A program made the translations under genes and the position numbers. Under the pieces are notes generated by a model. It saw nothing but the letters and a program-made list of their open reading frames with translations, was not told the DNA's origin and did not search any database. A DNA stretch of 64,000 nucleotides from Planctomycetota bacterium (lineage in GTDB: Bacteria; Planctomycetota; UBA1135; UBA2386). Shown in pieces: positions 35,625-45,061 of the stretch (position 1 is its first letter; each line of letters starts with the position of its first letter). The stretch lies in NCBI GenBank assembly GCA_965228735.1, contig OZ245838.1, positions 4,032,001-4,096,000 on the forward strand. The letters run 5' to 3'.

Positions 35625-35630
35625 TCCCGG

Positions 35631-36941
35631 TCAGCGTCGCCGGGGCGCTCGGCCCTTGGGCGCGAACAGGACGAACCACGTGCTGAGGGCGGCGGTGAGC
35701 CGCAGTCCTTGGATCCAGTTGATGTACGGCACGAGCGCATCCTTGTCGTCCGGCCCCGCGGCCACGAGTTCCGCGAAGCGCGCTTCGACGGCGAACGCCC
35801 ACCAGACCCAACCGACGAACAACGCCGCCGCAACGAACTGCATGACCCGCCGCCCCCAACCGGGCTGGAACAGACCGATCCCGGCGATGGGCAGCAACAA
35901 CAGCCACCAGAACAGCCAGCCGCCACGGGACCAGATGGCGAGCGGACCGAACAACGCGAACCCGCTCACGGTCAGCGCGCCGGCCAGGCCGAGCCCGAGC
36001 AGCACCGCGTCGAGACGGCTGCGCGGATCGAGCGCGTGCCGCCCGAGCGGGTGCAGCAGGAGCAGCAGGTTGAAGAACGGCGTCGCGCACGCCGTGAACA
36101 ACACGAAGAACAGCCACGCGTAGCTCACCACCTCACCGGCTGTCTGGTAGCCGCCATCGCGCAAGGCCTGGCCGCCGAAGCGCGCGACGAGCCACACGCC
36201 GACGAGGATCTGGATCTGCCGCCCGCGCGGAAACCGGTTGAGCCACAGGAACCACCCGAGCACGAGCCGATAGAGCGGGTTCTTCGCCTTGAGGGCTTCG
36301 GCGAGACCCTGCCGCGACGAGGCCAGCGTCGGGTCACGCCTCAGCGCTTCCTGGAAGTGTTGCAGCGCGCCGTCGACGTCCTTCTGCTGCAGCAGCGCGA
36401 ATCCGCGCGCCTGATGCGTGTACGGATTGTCGGGGTCGCGCATCAACGAGGCATCGAGCGTGTCCGACGCCTCGTTGCCGCGCCCCATGTTGGTGAGCGC
36501 GACCGACCGCAGGTTGAGACAGTCCGAGTCCTCCGGGTCGATCGCGAGCCCGGCCTCTGCAGCGGCGAGCGCGTCCGACCACTTCCGCCCCGACAAGTGG
36601 ATCTGCGCGGCGATGCGGTGCCCGCCCACGTCCTCCGGGTCGATCGCGATCGCGTGAGTGATGGCCGCCGTGGCCTCGTCGAGGCTGCCGCGCTCGTGAT
36701 GCACGAGCGCGAGAGCGTGATGCGTGATCGGCTCGTCCGGCGCGAGCCCGACCGCGGTGCGGGCCGATTCGAGGGCGCGGTCGACCTCCCCGAGCGCGCT
36801 CTGCGCGAGCGCGATGAACGCGTGGGCCACACCGTTCTCGGGCACCTCGACGAGGTGCGCGCGGAACTGCTCGATGCACAGCTCCCAACGTTGCTGCTGA
36901 TACAGCAGCGCGCCGCGCTGGAACGTCGCTTCGGCCGTCAT
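35631..36941 (-). CDS. TPR-repeat protein with C-terminal multi-pass membrane domain (paralog 3)
   Basis: Multiple TPRs (AVGLAPDE, AIAIDPED, GLAIDPED, ALRRDP), junction GLAEALKAKNPLYR, then several TMs. Confidence 0.88.
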   Translation of the reverse strand: MTAEATFQRGALLYQQQRWELCIEQFRAHLVEVPENGVAHAFIALAQSALGEVDRALESARTAVGLAPDEPITHHALALVHHERGSLDEATAAITHAIAIDPEDVGGHRIAAQIHLSGRKWSDALAAAEAGLAIDPEDSDCLNLRSVALTNMGRGNEASDTLDASLMRDPDNPYTHQARGFALLQQKDVDGALQHFQEALRRDPTLASSRQGLAEALKAKNPLYRLVLGWFLWLNRFPRGRQIQILVGVWLVARFGGQALRDGGYQTAGEVVSYAWLFFVLFTACATPFFNLLLLLHPLGRHALDPRSRLDAVLLGLGLAGALTVSGFALFGPLAIWSRGGWLFWWLLLLPIAGIGLFQPGWGRRVMQFVAAALFVGWVWWAFAVEARFAELVAAGPDDKDALVPYINWIQGLRLTAALSTWFVLFAPKGRAPRRR

Positions 36942-38122
36942 TGCCGTTTCCCGCCATCGAACCAGCCGAGAACCGCGGCGGCCGAGTGCGAAGCCTTACC
37001 GACGAGCTCACGAACGCCGCCCGACCCTTGCCGAAGCTGGACCTCGCGAACGCCGGGTGAGAGGGCGAAGCGGACGACGACGATCATGAACAGAGTGACG
37101 ATAACGCCGTACATCACCGGGCACAGGTCGGCCCCGAACGGCGTCAGCTGAGCCAAGGTCAGAAGCGCCGCAACGACCGCCGTCACCACCGTTGCACCGC
37201 GCAGAAACCACTCGCTCGAGGGCACGACCACGCGTGCGAGGTCGTGGCGAAACACGAGCCAATCCTGCGCAATCCTCGTCCCGGAGAACGAGAGAATCAC
37301 GAGAACGGGTAGGCCCGAGAAGTTCATCAAGCCGGCCTCGACCAACTTGGCGCCACTCATCCAGATCGCCATGATCAGCCCAACGCACCAGGCATCCGGC
37401 AAGGCCGCCCTCTGGCGCGCCCGTTGCCGAATCGCCTCGGCGAGGCTCTCGCGCGTCCACTCGTCGTTCGGATCCGCCGCGAGCGCAGTTCGGAACCAAC
37501 GCTCGGCAACCGCTGGCCGGTCTTGGCGCAGCGCGGCGTCCGCGACGCGACGGTGGACCGCGAGGGAATCGGGCGCAAGTCGCAGCGCTGCCCTCACGAC
37601 CTTGTCCGCCGCACCATGCCGTTCGAGCGCCCGGAGAAGATCGATCTTCTCGACGCGGAACGACACGTTCTCGGGGTCCATCGCGAGCGCCACGTCGATC
37701 TCCGCCAGGCCTTCACCGGGCCGGTCCAGCGCATCGAGCAATTCGGCCTTGATCGCGTGCATGTAGGCGCTCTCTGGCCAGAGCTCGATCGCGCGATCGA
37801 AACACGCGACCGCGCTCTCGGCATCACCGTCGGACCACAGCACGATCCCGCGCGTGTAGTTCGCCCACGCGCTCTCGGGATCGATCACGAGCGCGCGCTC
37901 GGACGTCGCCCGCGCCGCGTCGTGGTCGTCCAACCGAGACTGGACGAAGGCCAGGATAGTGAGGCCATGCACCGAGTCCGGATGCGCGGCCAGGCCGCGC
38001 AACGCGAGCGCCGCAGCTTCGCGATACCGACCGAGTTCGCTGAGCTGGAACGCCCGATCGAAGTCCGCCTCTGCGGCGTCGTTGTCACCCTCGGCCGCAG
38101 GCACCAGGCCGCCTGCGCTCAC
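36938..38122 (-). CDS. TPR-repeat protein with C-terminal membrane domain (paralog 2)
   Basis: GTG 38122 (GTGA overlap); TPRs (ALVIDPES, AIELWPES, ALAMDPEN, ALAADPND); ~4 TMs. Confidence 0.82.
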   Translation of the reverse strand: MSAGGLVPAAEGDNDAAEADFDRAFQLSELGRYREAAALALRGLAAHPDSVHGLTILAFVQSRLDDHDAARATSERALVIDPESAWANYTRGIVLWSDGDAESAVACFDRAIELWPESAYMHAIKAELLDALDRPGEGLAEIDVALAMDPENVSFRVEKIDLLRALERHGAADKVVRAALRLAPDSLAVHRRVADAALRQDRPAVAERWFRTALAADPNDEWTRESLAEAIRQRARQRAALPDAWCVGLIMAIWMSGAKLVEAGLMNFSGLPVLVILSFSGTRIAQDWLVFRHDLARVVVPSSEWFLRGATVVTAVVAALLTLAQLTPFGADLCPVMYGVIVTLFMIVVVRFALSPGVREVQLRQGSGGVRELVGKASHSAAAVLGWFDGGKRQ

Positions 38123-39291
38123 CGGAACACGCCCTTCCAGATCGAGAACATCACGATCGTGATGCCGACCGTGATCCACGCGCCGCGCGTCTTACGGCGA
38201 TCATCCTCACCGCCGACACCGACGACCATTCCGCCGATCGCGAGAACCACGGTCATCGTCGTCGCCGCGACGGCGACGCTGCGAGCGCGAGGGATTGGCT
38301 CCGCACCGAGCGCCATCGTGACCGCGCCGCTGCCCCCAACGATCACGTAGGCCGCGATCGCCGCCGCGATGACCTTCTGATAGCCGTACAGCGCGTGGCG
38401 GCCGATCGGGTGCGCGAGCAGCAGAACGTCGGAGAGCGCCGTCGGGACCAGCAACGCCGCCATCACGAGCGCCCGATGGAACGAATCCTCGAACAGCCCG
38501 AGCCCCGCGAGCGCGATCATCGTCACCGCAAAGACCAGCCATGGGGAACCCGAGCGAACCTGCCGCGCCACCCAGAGCCGCAGCGCCAGGAACGGCCGAT
38601 ACAGCCGGTTCTGCGCGCGCAGCGCATCGATGAGTCCTTCGCGCGCTTGCGAGTCCGCGTGGTCCATGCCGAGCGCAGCCTGGAACAACTCCATCGCGCG
38701 TTCGGCGTCGCCACCCCGCAACGCGGCGCTGCCCGCGCGCCGGTGGACACCACGCGCGCCGGGATCGAGCCGCAAGACCTCGGCCACGACCTCGTCGGCG
38801 GCAGCGTCGCGCCCGAGCTCCTGCAGCAGATCGATGCGCACGAGCCGGTACTCCACGCTCTCGGGTTCGAGACGCAGCGCGACCTGCACCGGTTCGAGCC
38901 CCGCCTTGGGGCGGCCTGCTGCCCCGAGGAGCTCGGCCTTCAGAGCGTGAAAGTCAGCGTGCTCCGGCAGGATCGCGATCGCGCGATCGATGCTCTCGAC
39001 CGCCGCGTCGAGATCGCCCTTGGCCCACAACACGCTGCAGTGCGTGCTGTGCGACCACGGGTCATCGGGCGCCAGTCCGAGCGCGCGCCGGCTCGTCGCG
39101 AGCGCGCTCTGCACGTCGTTCTGCCGCGCCTGCGAGAACGCCAGCAAGTTGAGCGCCGGCACATTGTCCGCATCGATCGCGAGCGCCTGCATCGCCGCCT
39201 CCGCCGCCGCCTGGTCCCGGCCCATCCGGCTCAGCTCTTCCGCCTTCTGCAGGAACGCGCCCAGCGGCTCGCGGTGGCCGCCAGCACTCAC
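38119..39291 (-). CDS. TPR-repeat protein with C-terminal membrane domain (paralog 1)
   Basis: GTG 39291 (GTGA overlap with the ATPase stop); TPRs; junction GLIDALRAQNRLYR; ~5 TMs. Confidence 0.82.
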   Translation of the reverse strand: MSAGGHREPLGAFLQKAEELSRMGRDQAAAEAAMQALAIDADNVPALNLLAFSQARQNDVQSALATSRRALGLAPDDPWSHSTHCSVLWAKGDLDAAVESIDRAIAILPEHADFHALKAELLGAAGRPKAGLEPVQVALRLEPESVEYRLVRIDLLQELGRDAAADEVVAEVLRLDPGARGVHRRAGSAALRGGDAERAMELFQAALGMDHADSQAREGLIDALRAQNRLYRPFLALRLWVARQVRSGSPWLVFAVTMIALAGLGLFEDSFHRALVMAALLVPTALSDVLLLAHPIGRHALYGYQKVIAAAIAAYVIVGGSGAVTMALGAEPIPRARSVAVAATTMTVVLAIGGMVVGVGGEDDRRKTRGAWITVGITIVMFSIWKGVFR

Positions 39292-40637
39292 AGCTTGAGG
39301 TAGTCCTTGAGGTCGTCGTAGAGACCCGCGTCGTTGGCGTAGAGCACGTAGTTCTTCGCCGTGGCGAACCACTCGCTCGTCGTCGGCTTCTGCGCCTTCG
39401 TGGCCTTGAGCAGGTCCTTGGTGACGAGCGGCTCGGGTACGCCGCTCTGAATCGCGTCGTCGAGCTTGGCCTCGATCGCGCGATCGACGACCGCCTTGAG
39501 ATCGGCGCCGGAGTAGCGGTCGGTCTTGGCGGCGACCGCCTCGAAATCGACGTCGCGCTGCGGTTTGCCGGCCATCATCAGGCGCAGGATCGCGACGCGC
39601 GCGGGCCGGTCCGGCGGCGGCACGAAGATCACGCGGTCGAAACGCCCCGGGCGGCGAAACGCGCTGTCCATGTGCCACGGCGCGTTGGTCGCCGCGAGCA
39701 CGAGCAGCCCCTCGTTGTCCGCCTGCATGCCGTCGAGCTCGGCGAGGAACTGGTTGATCGTCTGCCGCCCGGCGCTGTTCTTCATGTCGTTGCGGCTCGC
39801 GCCGAGCGCGTCCACCTCGTCGAAGAACAACACGCACGGCGTGTTCTGCCGCGCGGTCTCGAAGATCGAGTGCAGGTTGCGCTCGCTCTTCCCGATCCAC
39901 ATGTCGAGCACGTCGTGGATGCCGATCGCCAGGAAGCCCGCGTCGACCTCGCCGGCCGTCGCCTTCGCGAGGAACGTCTTGCCGCAGCCCGGCGGTCCGT
40001 ACATGAGGATCCCACCGCCGACCTTCTTGCCGTACGCCTGGTAGAGGTCAGGCCGCTGCAGCGGCAGCACGATCTTCTTGTTGATCTGATCCTTGAGCCC
40101 GTCGAGCCCGCCGACGTTGACGAACTTGACGTCCGAGCGAACCGGACGCAGCTTGCTCGGATCCGCGCTGTCGTCGTCGCCGCCGCCGGCCTGCCGCAGC
40201 ATGCCGTCGACGAGCTCGTCGTCCTCCGCCATGCCCTGGAGGCTCACGCCGAGCCGCTCGCCGAGCTCGTCGTCGACGAGCGACTCATCGGCCTCGATCG
40301 CTTTTCGATAGCTCCGCACCGCGCCGTCGACGTCGCCCTCCGCGAGCATGAGCCGCGCGAGCTCGACCCGGGCGCGGCCGCTGCCGTTCTGCACGAGCTG
40401 CTCGAGGACGACATGGGCGGCCGAGTTCTTGTTGCGAGCGCGGTAGGTCTTCGCGAGCAGCAGATGCCCGACCTCGGAATCCGGCACGATCTTGAGCAGC
40501 GCCAGCAGCTCCTTCTCCGCGTCCTCGTAGTGGCCGTAGGCGAACAACGTCTCCGCCAGGTGCTGGCGAAGGGGGCCATTGTCGGGGCTGGCTTCGAGCG
40601 CAGCCCGCAGCGAACGGATCGTGGCGTCGGCATCCAT
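39288..40637 (-). CDS. Classical-clade AAA ATPase with N-terminal TPR domain
   Basis: ATG 40637. TPR N-terminus; VGGLD, YGPPGCGKT, pore loop DMWIGKSE, FFDEVD, NQFLAELDG, AATNAPW, RRPGRFD, YSGADL. Confidence 0.94.
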   Translation of the reverse strand: MDADATIRSLRAALEASPDNGPLRQHLAETLFAYGHYEDAEKELLALLKIVPDSEVGHLLLAKTYRARNKNSAAHVVLEQLVQNGSGRARVELARLMLAEGDVDGAVRSYRKAIEADESLVDDELGERLGVSLQGMAEDDELVDGMLRQAGGGDDDSADPSKLRPVRSDVKFVNVGGLDGLKDQINKKIVLPLQRPDLYQAYGKKVGGGILMYGPPGCGKTFLAKATAGEVDAGFLAIGIHDVLDMWIGKSERNLHSIFETARQNTPCVLFFDEVDALGASRNDMKNSAGRQTINQFLAELDGMQADNEGLLVLAATNAPWHMDSAFRRPGRFDRVIFVPPPDRPARVAILRLMMAGKPQRDVDFEAVAAKTDRYSGADLKAVVDRAIEAKLDDAIQSGVPEPLVTKDLLKATKAQKPTTSEWFATAKNYVLYANDAGLYDDLKDYLKL

Positions 40638-40718
40638 CGGGCGACGCATTGAGCCACACGCACGGTTTCCACACAATGCCCTGGCCTCGCTGGTCTCGCG
40701 CGCGGCGCCGTACCGGCA

Positions 40719-42128
40719 ATGGTCTTCTCCAGCAGCGTCTTCCTGTTCGCCTTCCTGCCGGCGTTCCTGCTGCTGTACTGGCTCAGCCCGCGCCCGTGGC
40801 GCAGCCTGACGATCGCCGTCTCCAGCTTCGTGTTCTACGGCTGGTGGCGCGCCGACTTCGTGCTGCTGCTGCTGTTCAGCGCCGTCGTCGACTACTGGAT
40901 CGGCGGGCGGATCGTGCGCGCCCACGCGGCCGGCGCGACGGGGCGACCCGGCCGCTGGCTGTTGCTCTCGCTCATCACCAATCTCGGCCTGCTCGGCTGG
41001 TTCAAGTACGCGAACTTCGGCGCCGACACGTTCCGTGAGCTGCTGCGCGCGCTCGGCTTCGCCGGCGACTTCGCGTGGGTGGACGTCGTGCTGCCCATCG
41101 GGATCTCGTTCTACACGTTCCAGACGATGAGCTACACGATCGACCTGTACCGCCAGCAGGTGCGGCCAGCCGAGCGCTTCATCGACTTCCTCTGCTACGT
41201 GTCGATGTTCCCGCAGCTCGTCGCGGGTCCGATCGTGCGCTACTCGCTCATCGCGGACGAACTGCGCGACCGCCGAACGACGCTGGCCGGCATCTACCGC
41301 GGCGTCCTGTTCTTCCAGATCGGACTCGTGAAGAAGGTGCTCGTCGCGGACGCGCTCGCGCCCTTCGCCGACCGCGCGTTCGACATCCCGGGCGCGATCG
41401 AGCTCGGCACGACGCACGCATGGCTCGGCGCGGTCGCCTACGCGTTCCAGATCTACTTCGACTTCTCCGGCTACAGCGACATGGCGATCGGACTCGGGCT
41501 CATGCTCGGGTTCCACTTCCCGATCAACTTCGACTCGCCGTACCGCGCGGACTCGATCACCGACTTCTGGCGCCGCTGGCACATCTCGCTGTCGACGTGG
41601 TTGCGCGACTACCTCTACGTGCCGCTCGGCGGCAACCGGCGTGGCCCGGTCCGGACCTACGTCAACCTCGCGCTCACGATGCTGCTCGGCGGGCTCTGGC
41701 ACGGCGCCGCGTGGAACTTCATCGCCTGGGGTGGCTACCAGGGCTGCTGGCTCATCGTCGAACGGGCGACCGGCAAACGGCCGTGGTACGGTGCGGCGCC
41801 GCGACTCGTCCGGATCGCCGTGACGTTCGTGCTCGTGCTGTTCGGCTGGGTGCTGTTCCGCGCCCACGACCTCGGTCACGCCATGAACTACGCCGGCGCG
41901 ATGCTCGGACTCGGCAATGGCGAGACGGACTTCGCGGCGCTCCGCCCGGGACCGTGGGCCGACATGTTGATCGCCGGCCTCGTCGTCTGGCTGCTGCCGA
42001 CGAGCCAGCGCCTCGTGCCGCGCGCGGGCCTCGCCGTCGTGCTGCTGCTGCAACTGCTCTTCGCGTTCGCCGTCGCGGTCGTGCAGCTCGCGCCCGAAGA
42101 GATCCCGTTCCTCTACTTCCGCTTCTGA
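40719..42128 (+). CDS. MBOAT O-acyltransferase (AlgI/PatA/DltB family)
   Basis: MVFSS..FLF.FLP, LPIGISFYTFQ, FPQLVAGPI, QIYFDFSGYSDMAIG, FWRRWHISLS, GLWHGA, FLYF.F. Confidence 0.96.
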   Translation: MVFSSSVFLFAFLPAFLLLYWLSPRPWRSLTIAVSSFVFYGWWRADFVLLLLFSAVVDYWIGGRIVRAHAAGATGRPGRWLLLSLITNLGLLGWFKYANFGADTFRELLRALGFAGDFAWVDVVLPIGISFYTFQTMSYTIDLYRQQVRPAERFIDFLCYVSMFPQLVAGPIVRYSLIADELRDRRTTLAGIYRGVLFFQIGLVKKVLVADALAPFADRAFDIPGAIELGTTHAWLGAVAYAFQIYFDFSGYSDMAIGLGLMLGFHFPINFDSPYRADSITDFWRRWHISLSTWLRDYLYVPLGGNRRGPVRTYVNLALTMLLGGLWHGAAWNFIAWGGYQGCWLIVERATGKRPWYGAAPRLVRIAVTFVLVLFGWVLFRAHDLGHAMNYAGAMLGLGNGETDFAALRPGPWADMLIAGLVVWLLPTSQRLVPRAGLAVVLLLQLLFAFAVAVVQLAPEEIPFLYFRF

Positions 42129-42135
42129 GTCCACG

Positions 42136-43659
42136 ATGAGCCGAGCCGAGATCGCAGTCACGCACGCGGACGACGCACCCGCGGCCGAACCGTTGCAGCG
42201 GGTCGCCCGCGGCACGGCGCTGGGCGCATGCGCCGCGACGCTGCTCGGCTTCGCCGCGGTCGAGGCGTTCGGCCCCGACCCGGTCGCGAATGCACGCGCG
42301 CAGGTGCTCGCGCACTCGGCCGAGCGCGCGCCGTCCGTCGACCCCGCCTGGCTCGACGAATCGCCCGCAAAGGTCGCACGCCAGGACGCACCGCCGCGGC
42401 TCCTGGCCGCGTGGCATCGCACCCCGCAGTTCATGTACCTGTGCGAGGTGAACGAGACCGTGCTGCGCGCGCTGTGGCAGCCCGGCGTCGGCCTCGGACC
42501 CGATGCCCCGCGCGAGTTCGACACGTTCTCGATGCCGGGCGGCGCGCCGCACCCGATCTTCCGCTACCCGCGGTCGACGACGATGCCCGACGGGCTCACG
42601 ACCAACCGCTTCGGTTTCCGCGGCCCCGACGTCGCGCTCGACAAGCCGGCGGACACGGTGCGCATCGCGTTCGTCGGCGCGTCGGCGACGGTCGGCAATC
42701 ACTTCCTCGAGTGGAGCTACCCCGAGTTCGTCGGCCACTGGCTCACGCTCTGGGCGCGCGCGAACGACCTGGGCGTCGACTTCGAGGTGCTCAACGCCGG
42801 GCGCGAGTCGATCCAGTCGCGCGACATCCGCGCGATCGTCGAACACGAGGTGCTGCCGCTCGCCGTCGACTACGTCGTCTACTACGAGGGCCAGAACCAG
42901 TTCGGCGCGCCGTCGCTCCGGCGCCACGTCGAGGTCGACGGCGATGCCGGAACGACGCCGCCCGCGGACCTCGTGCTCGACCTCGCCGCCGCCGATTCGC
43001 TGCAGCCGCACTGGCTCGACGTCCTGTGCCGCGACGTTCACAACGCGCGCCGCCTGCGACGACTGCTCGGCGTGCATGCCGACCTGCCAGAGCCACCGAA
43101 ACCGCAGCAGAGGCTGCAGCTGCCTGCCGGTCTGACCGCGACCGATCCCGACCTCGACCGCGCGCGGGAAGTGCTCGAGCTCGGAACGATCCTCGCCGAC
43201 CTCGACGCGATGAAACGCGCGTGTGACGCCCAGAGCACCCGCTTCGTGATGTGCTCGTTCGACCGGCTCGTGCGCGATGGCATGCGCGTCGACCTCGCGC
43301 CGGCGCCCTCGGTCTACAGCCGACTCAACGGCGAGTACTGGCCGCTCAGCTACGAGACGATCGCAGCGCTCGACGAACTGCAGAACCGCTACTTCGAGGC
43401 CTGGGCCGCGGCCCGCAACGCCCCGTTCCTCGACATCGCCGCGGCCATGCCCGACGAACCCGCGCTCTTCACCGACCCCGTGCACTCGACGGAGAGCGGC
43501 GTGCGCCTGCGAGCCTGGGTCGTGTTCACCGAGCTCGTGCGCGTGATCGAAGCCGACCTCGCAGCCGACCGCGTGCCCGTCCCCGACACCGAACCGACCC
43601 CGCGCCACCCGTTCCTGCAGCCGGCCCGCCGGCTCACGGCGGAAGACCTGGGCGGTTGA
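42136..43659 (+). CDS. Membrane-anchored SGNH-family protein, probable periplasmic acyl-transfer partner
   Basis: NRFGFRG, IAFVGASAT (block I), LNAG, YEGQN, DPVH; 7 bp downstream of the MBOAT gene. Confidence 0.78.
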   Translation: MSRAEIAVTHADDAPAAEPLQRVARGTALGACAATLLGFAAVEAFGPDPVANARAQVLAHSAERAPSVDPAWLDESPAKVARQDAPPRLLAAWHRTPQFMYLCEVNETVLRALWQPGVGLGPDAPREFDTFSMPGGAPHPIFRYPRSTTMPDGLTTNRFGFRGPDVALDKPADTVRIAFVGASATVGNHFLEWSYPEFVGHWLTLWARANDLGVDFEVLNAGRESIQSRDIRAIVEHEVLPLAVDYVVYYEGQNQFGAPSLRRHVEVDGDAGTTPPADLVLDLAAADSLQPHWLDVLCRDVHNARRLRRLLGVHADLPEPPKPQQRLQLPAGLTATDPDLDRAREVLELGTILADLDAMKRACDAQSTRFVMCSFDRLVRDGMRVDLAPAPSVYSRLNGEYWPLSYETIAALDELQNRYFEAWAAARNAPFLDIAAAMPDEPALFTDPVHSTESGVRLRAWVVFTELVRVIEADLAADRVPVPDTEPTPRHPFLQPARRLTAEDLGG

Positions 43660-43685
43660 AGGGTGGGTAGGGTGCCAGCCCCCCC

Positions 43686-44723
43686 TTACGTTGTCAGGAC
43701 GATCTTGCCGAGCGCTTCGCGCGACTCGAGCAGGCGATGGGCCTCTCCGACCTCCGTCATCGGCAGCGCGCGGTCGAGCACCGGGCAGAATCGGCCCTGG
43801 TCGAACATGCGCAGGACCTGGCGCAGGTCGCCCTTGCTGCCCATCGTCGAACCGAGGATCGACAGGCTCTTGAAGAACACCGCGTGCAGTGACAACTGCA
43901 CGTCGCCGCCGGTCGTCGCGCCGCAGGTCACCATGCGGCCGCCGCGCGCGAGACACTTGAGCGAACCGGCGAACGTCGCCGCGCCGACGTGCTCGAAGAC
44001 GACCTGCACGCCGGCCTTGCCGGTCAGCGCGCGGACCTCCTTGCTGAAGTCGGTCGCCTGGTAATCGACCACGTGCTGCGCGCCGAGCGCTGCGACGCGG
44101 CGACACTTCTCCGCGCCGCCGGCCGTCGCGATGACCTGCGCGCCGAGGGCGTTGGCGATCTGCACTGCCGCGCTGCCCACGCCCGAGAGCCCCGCGTGCA
44201 CGAGCACGGCCTCGCCGGCGCGCAGCTCGGCGCGGCGAACGAGCATGTTCCACGCGGTCTGGAACACGAGGCAGATCGACGCCGCCTGCTCGAACGACAG
44301 GTCCTTCGGCTTGGGCGCGACGTTGGCCGCGGGCAGGCACACGAACTCGGCCGCCGTGCCATCTGAGCTCTCGCCGAGGATGTGATACTCGCGGCACAGC
44401 TGATCCATGCCCGAAAGACACGCCTCGCAGTGACCGCACGACACGCCGGGCAGCACGACGACCTCGTCGCCGACCTGCACGTGACTCACATCGGCACCGA
44501 CCGCGTCGACGACGCCAGCTCCGTCGCTGCTCGGGATCAACGGCAACGGGAACGTGTGACCCGGAACGCCCCGGCGCACCCACGTGTCGAGGTGGTTGAG
44601 CCCGATCGCTCGCATCGCGACCCGCACCTGGCCCGCGCGCGGCTCGGGGATCTCGCGTTCTTCGTGCAGCAGTCGATCGAAGTCGCCGTGCTCGCGCACG
44701 ACGATGCAACGCATGGTGGGCAT
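43686..44723 (-). CDS. Zinc-binding dehydrogenase / quinone oxidoreductase (MDR family)
   Basis: GLNHLD, CGHCEAC..C structural zinc site, SGVGSAAVQIA, GSTMGS, GKIVL. Confidence 0.93.
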   Translation of the reverse strand: MPTMRCIVVREHGDFDRLLHEEREIPEPRAGQVRVAMRAIGLNHLDTWVRRGVPGHTFPLPLIPSSDGAGVVDAVGADVSHVQVGDEVVVLPGVSCGHCEACLSGMDQLCREYHILGESSDGTAAEFVCLPAANVAPKPKDLSFEQAASICLVFQTAWNMLVRRAELRAGEAVLVHAGLSGVGSAAVQIANALGAQVIATAGGAEKCRRVAALGAQHVVDYQATDFSKEVRALTGKAGVQVVFEHVGAATFAGSLKCLARGGRMVTCGATTGGDVQLSLHAVFFKSLSILGSTMGSKGDLRQVLRMFDQGRFCPVLDRALPMTEVGEAHRLLESREALGKIVLTT

Positions 44724-44830
44724 GCGGCCGTTCTACCGCGCGCAGCGCCTCGCCCCAACGAGACCGGGGATCGCTATGGCCGCGAGCGCCGGCGCGACTG
44801 CAAATTCGACAGTCGCGCGTGCCGACGATC

Positions 44831-44872
44831 TGTCACGATGACGGCCCCGGAACGGGGGCGTCATCCCGACGC
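44831..44872. promoter_or_regulatory. Candidate enhancer-binding-protein sites (two GTCA-N3-(T/C)GAC inverted repeats)
   Basis: GTCA-CGA-TGAC at 44832-44842 and GCGTCA-TCC-CGACGC at 44858-44872, upstream of the sigma54 promoter. Confidence 0.4.
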
Positions 44873-44943
44873 GGTGCCGGCAGTGATCCCGAGCCTCGCG
44901 AGACACCGGGACTTGCGCGCGCCATTCGCGCCTCGCGTCGGAC

Positions 44944-44959
44944 TGGCACGCTCGTTGCA
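44944..44959 (+). promoter_or_regulatory. sigma54 -24/-12 promoter
   Basis: TGGCAC-GCTCG-TTGCA, full consensus with correct spacing, upstream of the Hsp20 gene. Confidence 0.8.
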
Positions 44960-45061
44960 TCCCGGTGCCCGAACTCGCTGTGCATGTCGAATCGACGCGC
45001 GCGGTGCGCGTCGTGCTGCACAGCCATCCTGTGGTCCTTTGCGACAACAACGGAGAAAGAC

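Noticed and set aside
40638..42524. Apparent 1078-aa AAA protein with a long N-terminal extension
   Set aside because: The extension is antisense to the MBOAT gene; the ATPase begins at ATG 40637.
43650..43686. G-quadruplex-like GGG runs between convergent genes
   Set aside because: Expected by chance at this GC content and better explained as a terminator-like hairpin with the following C-run.
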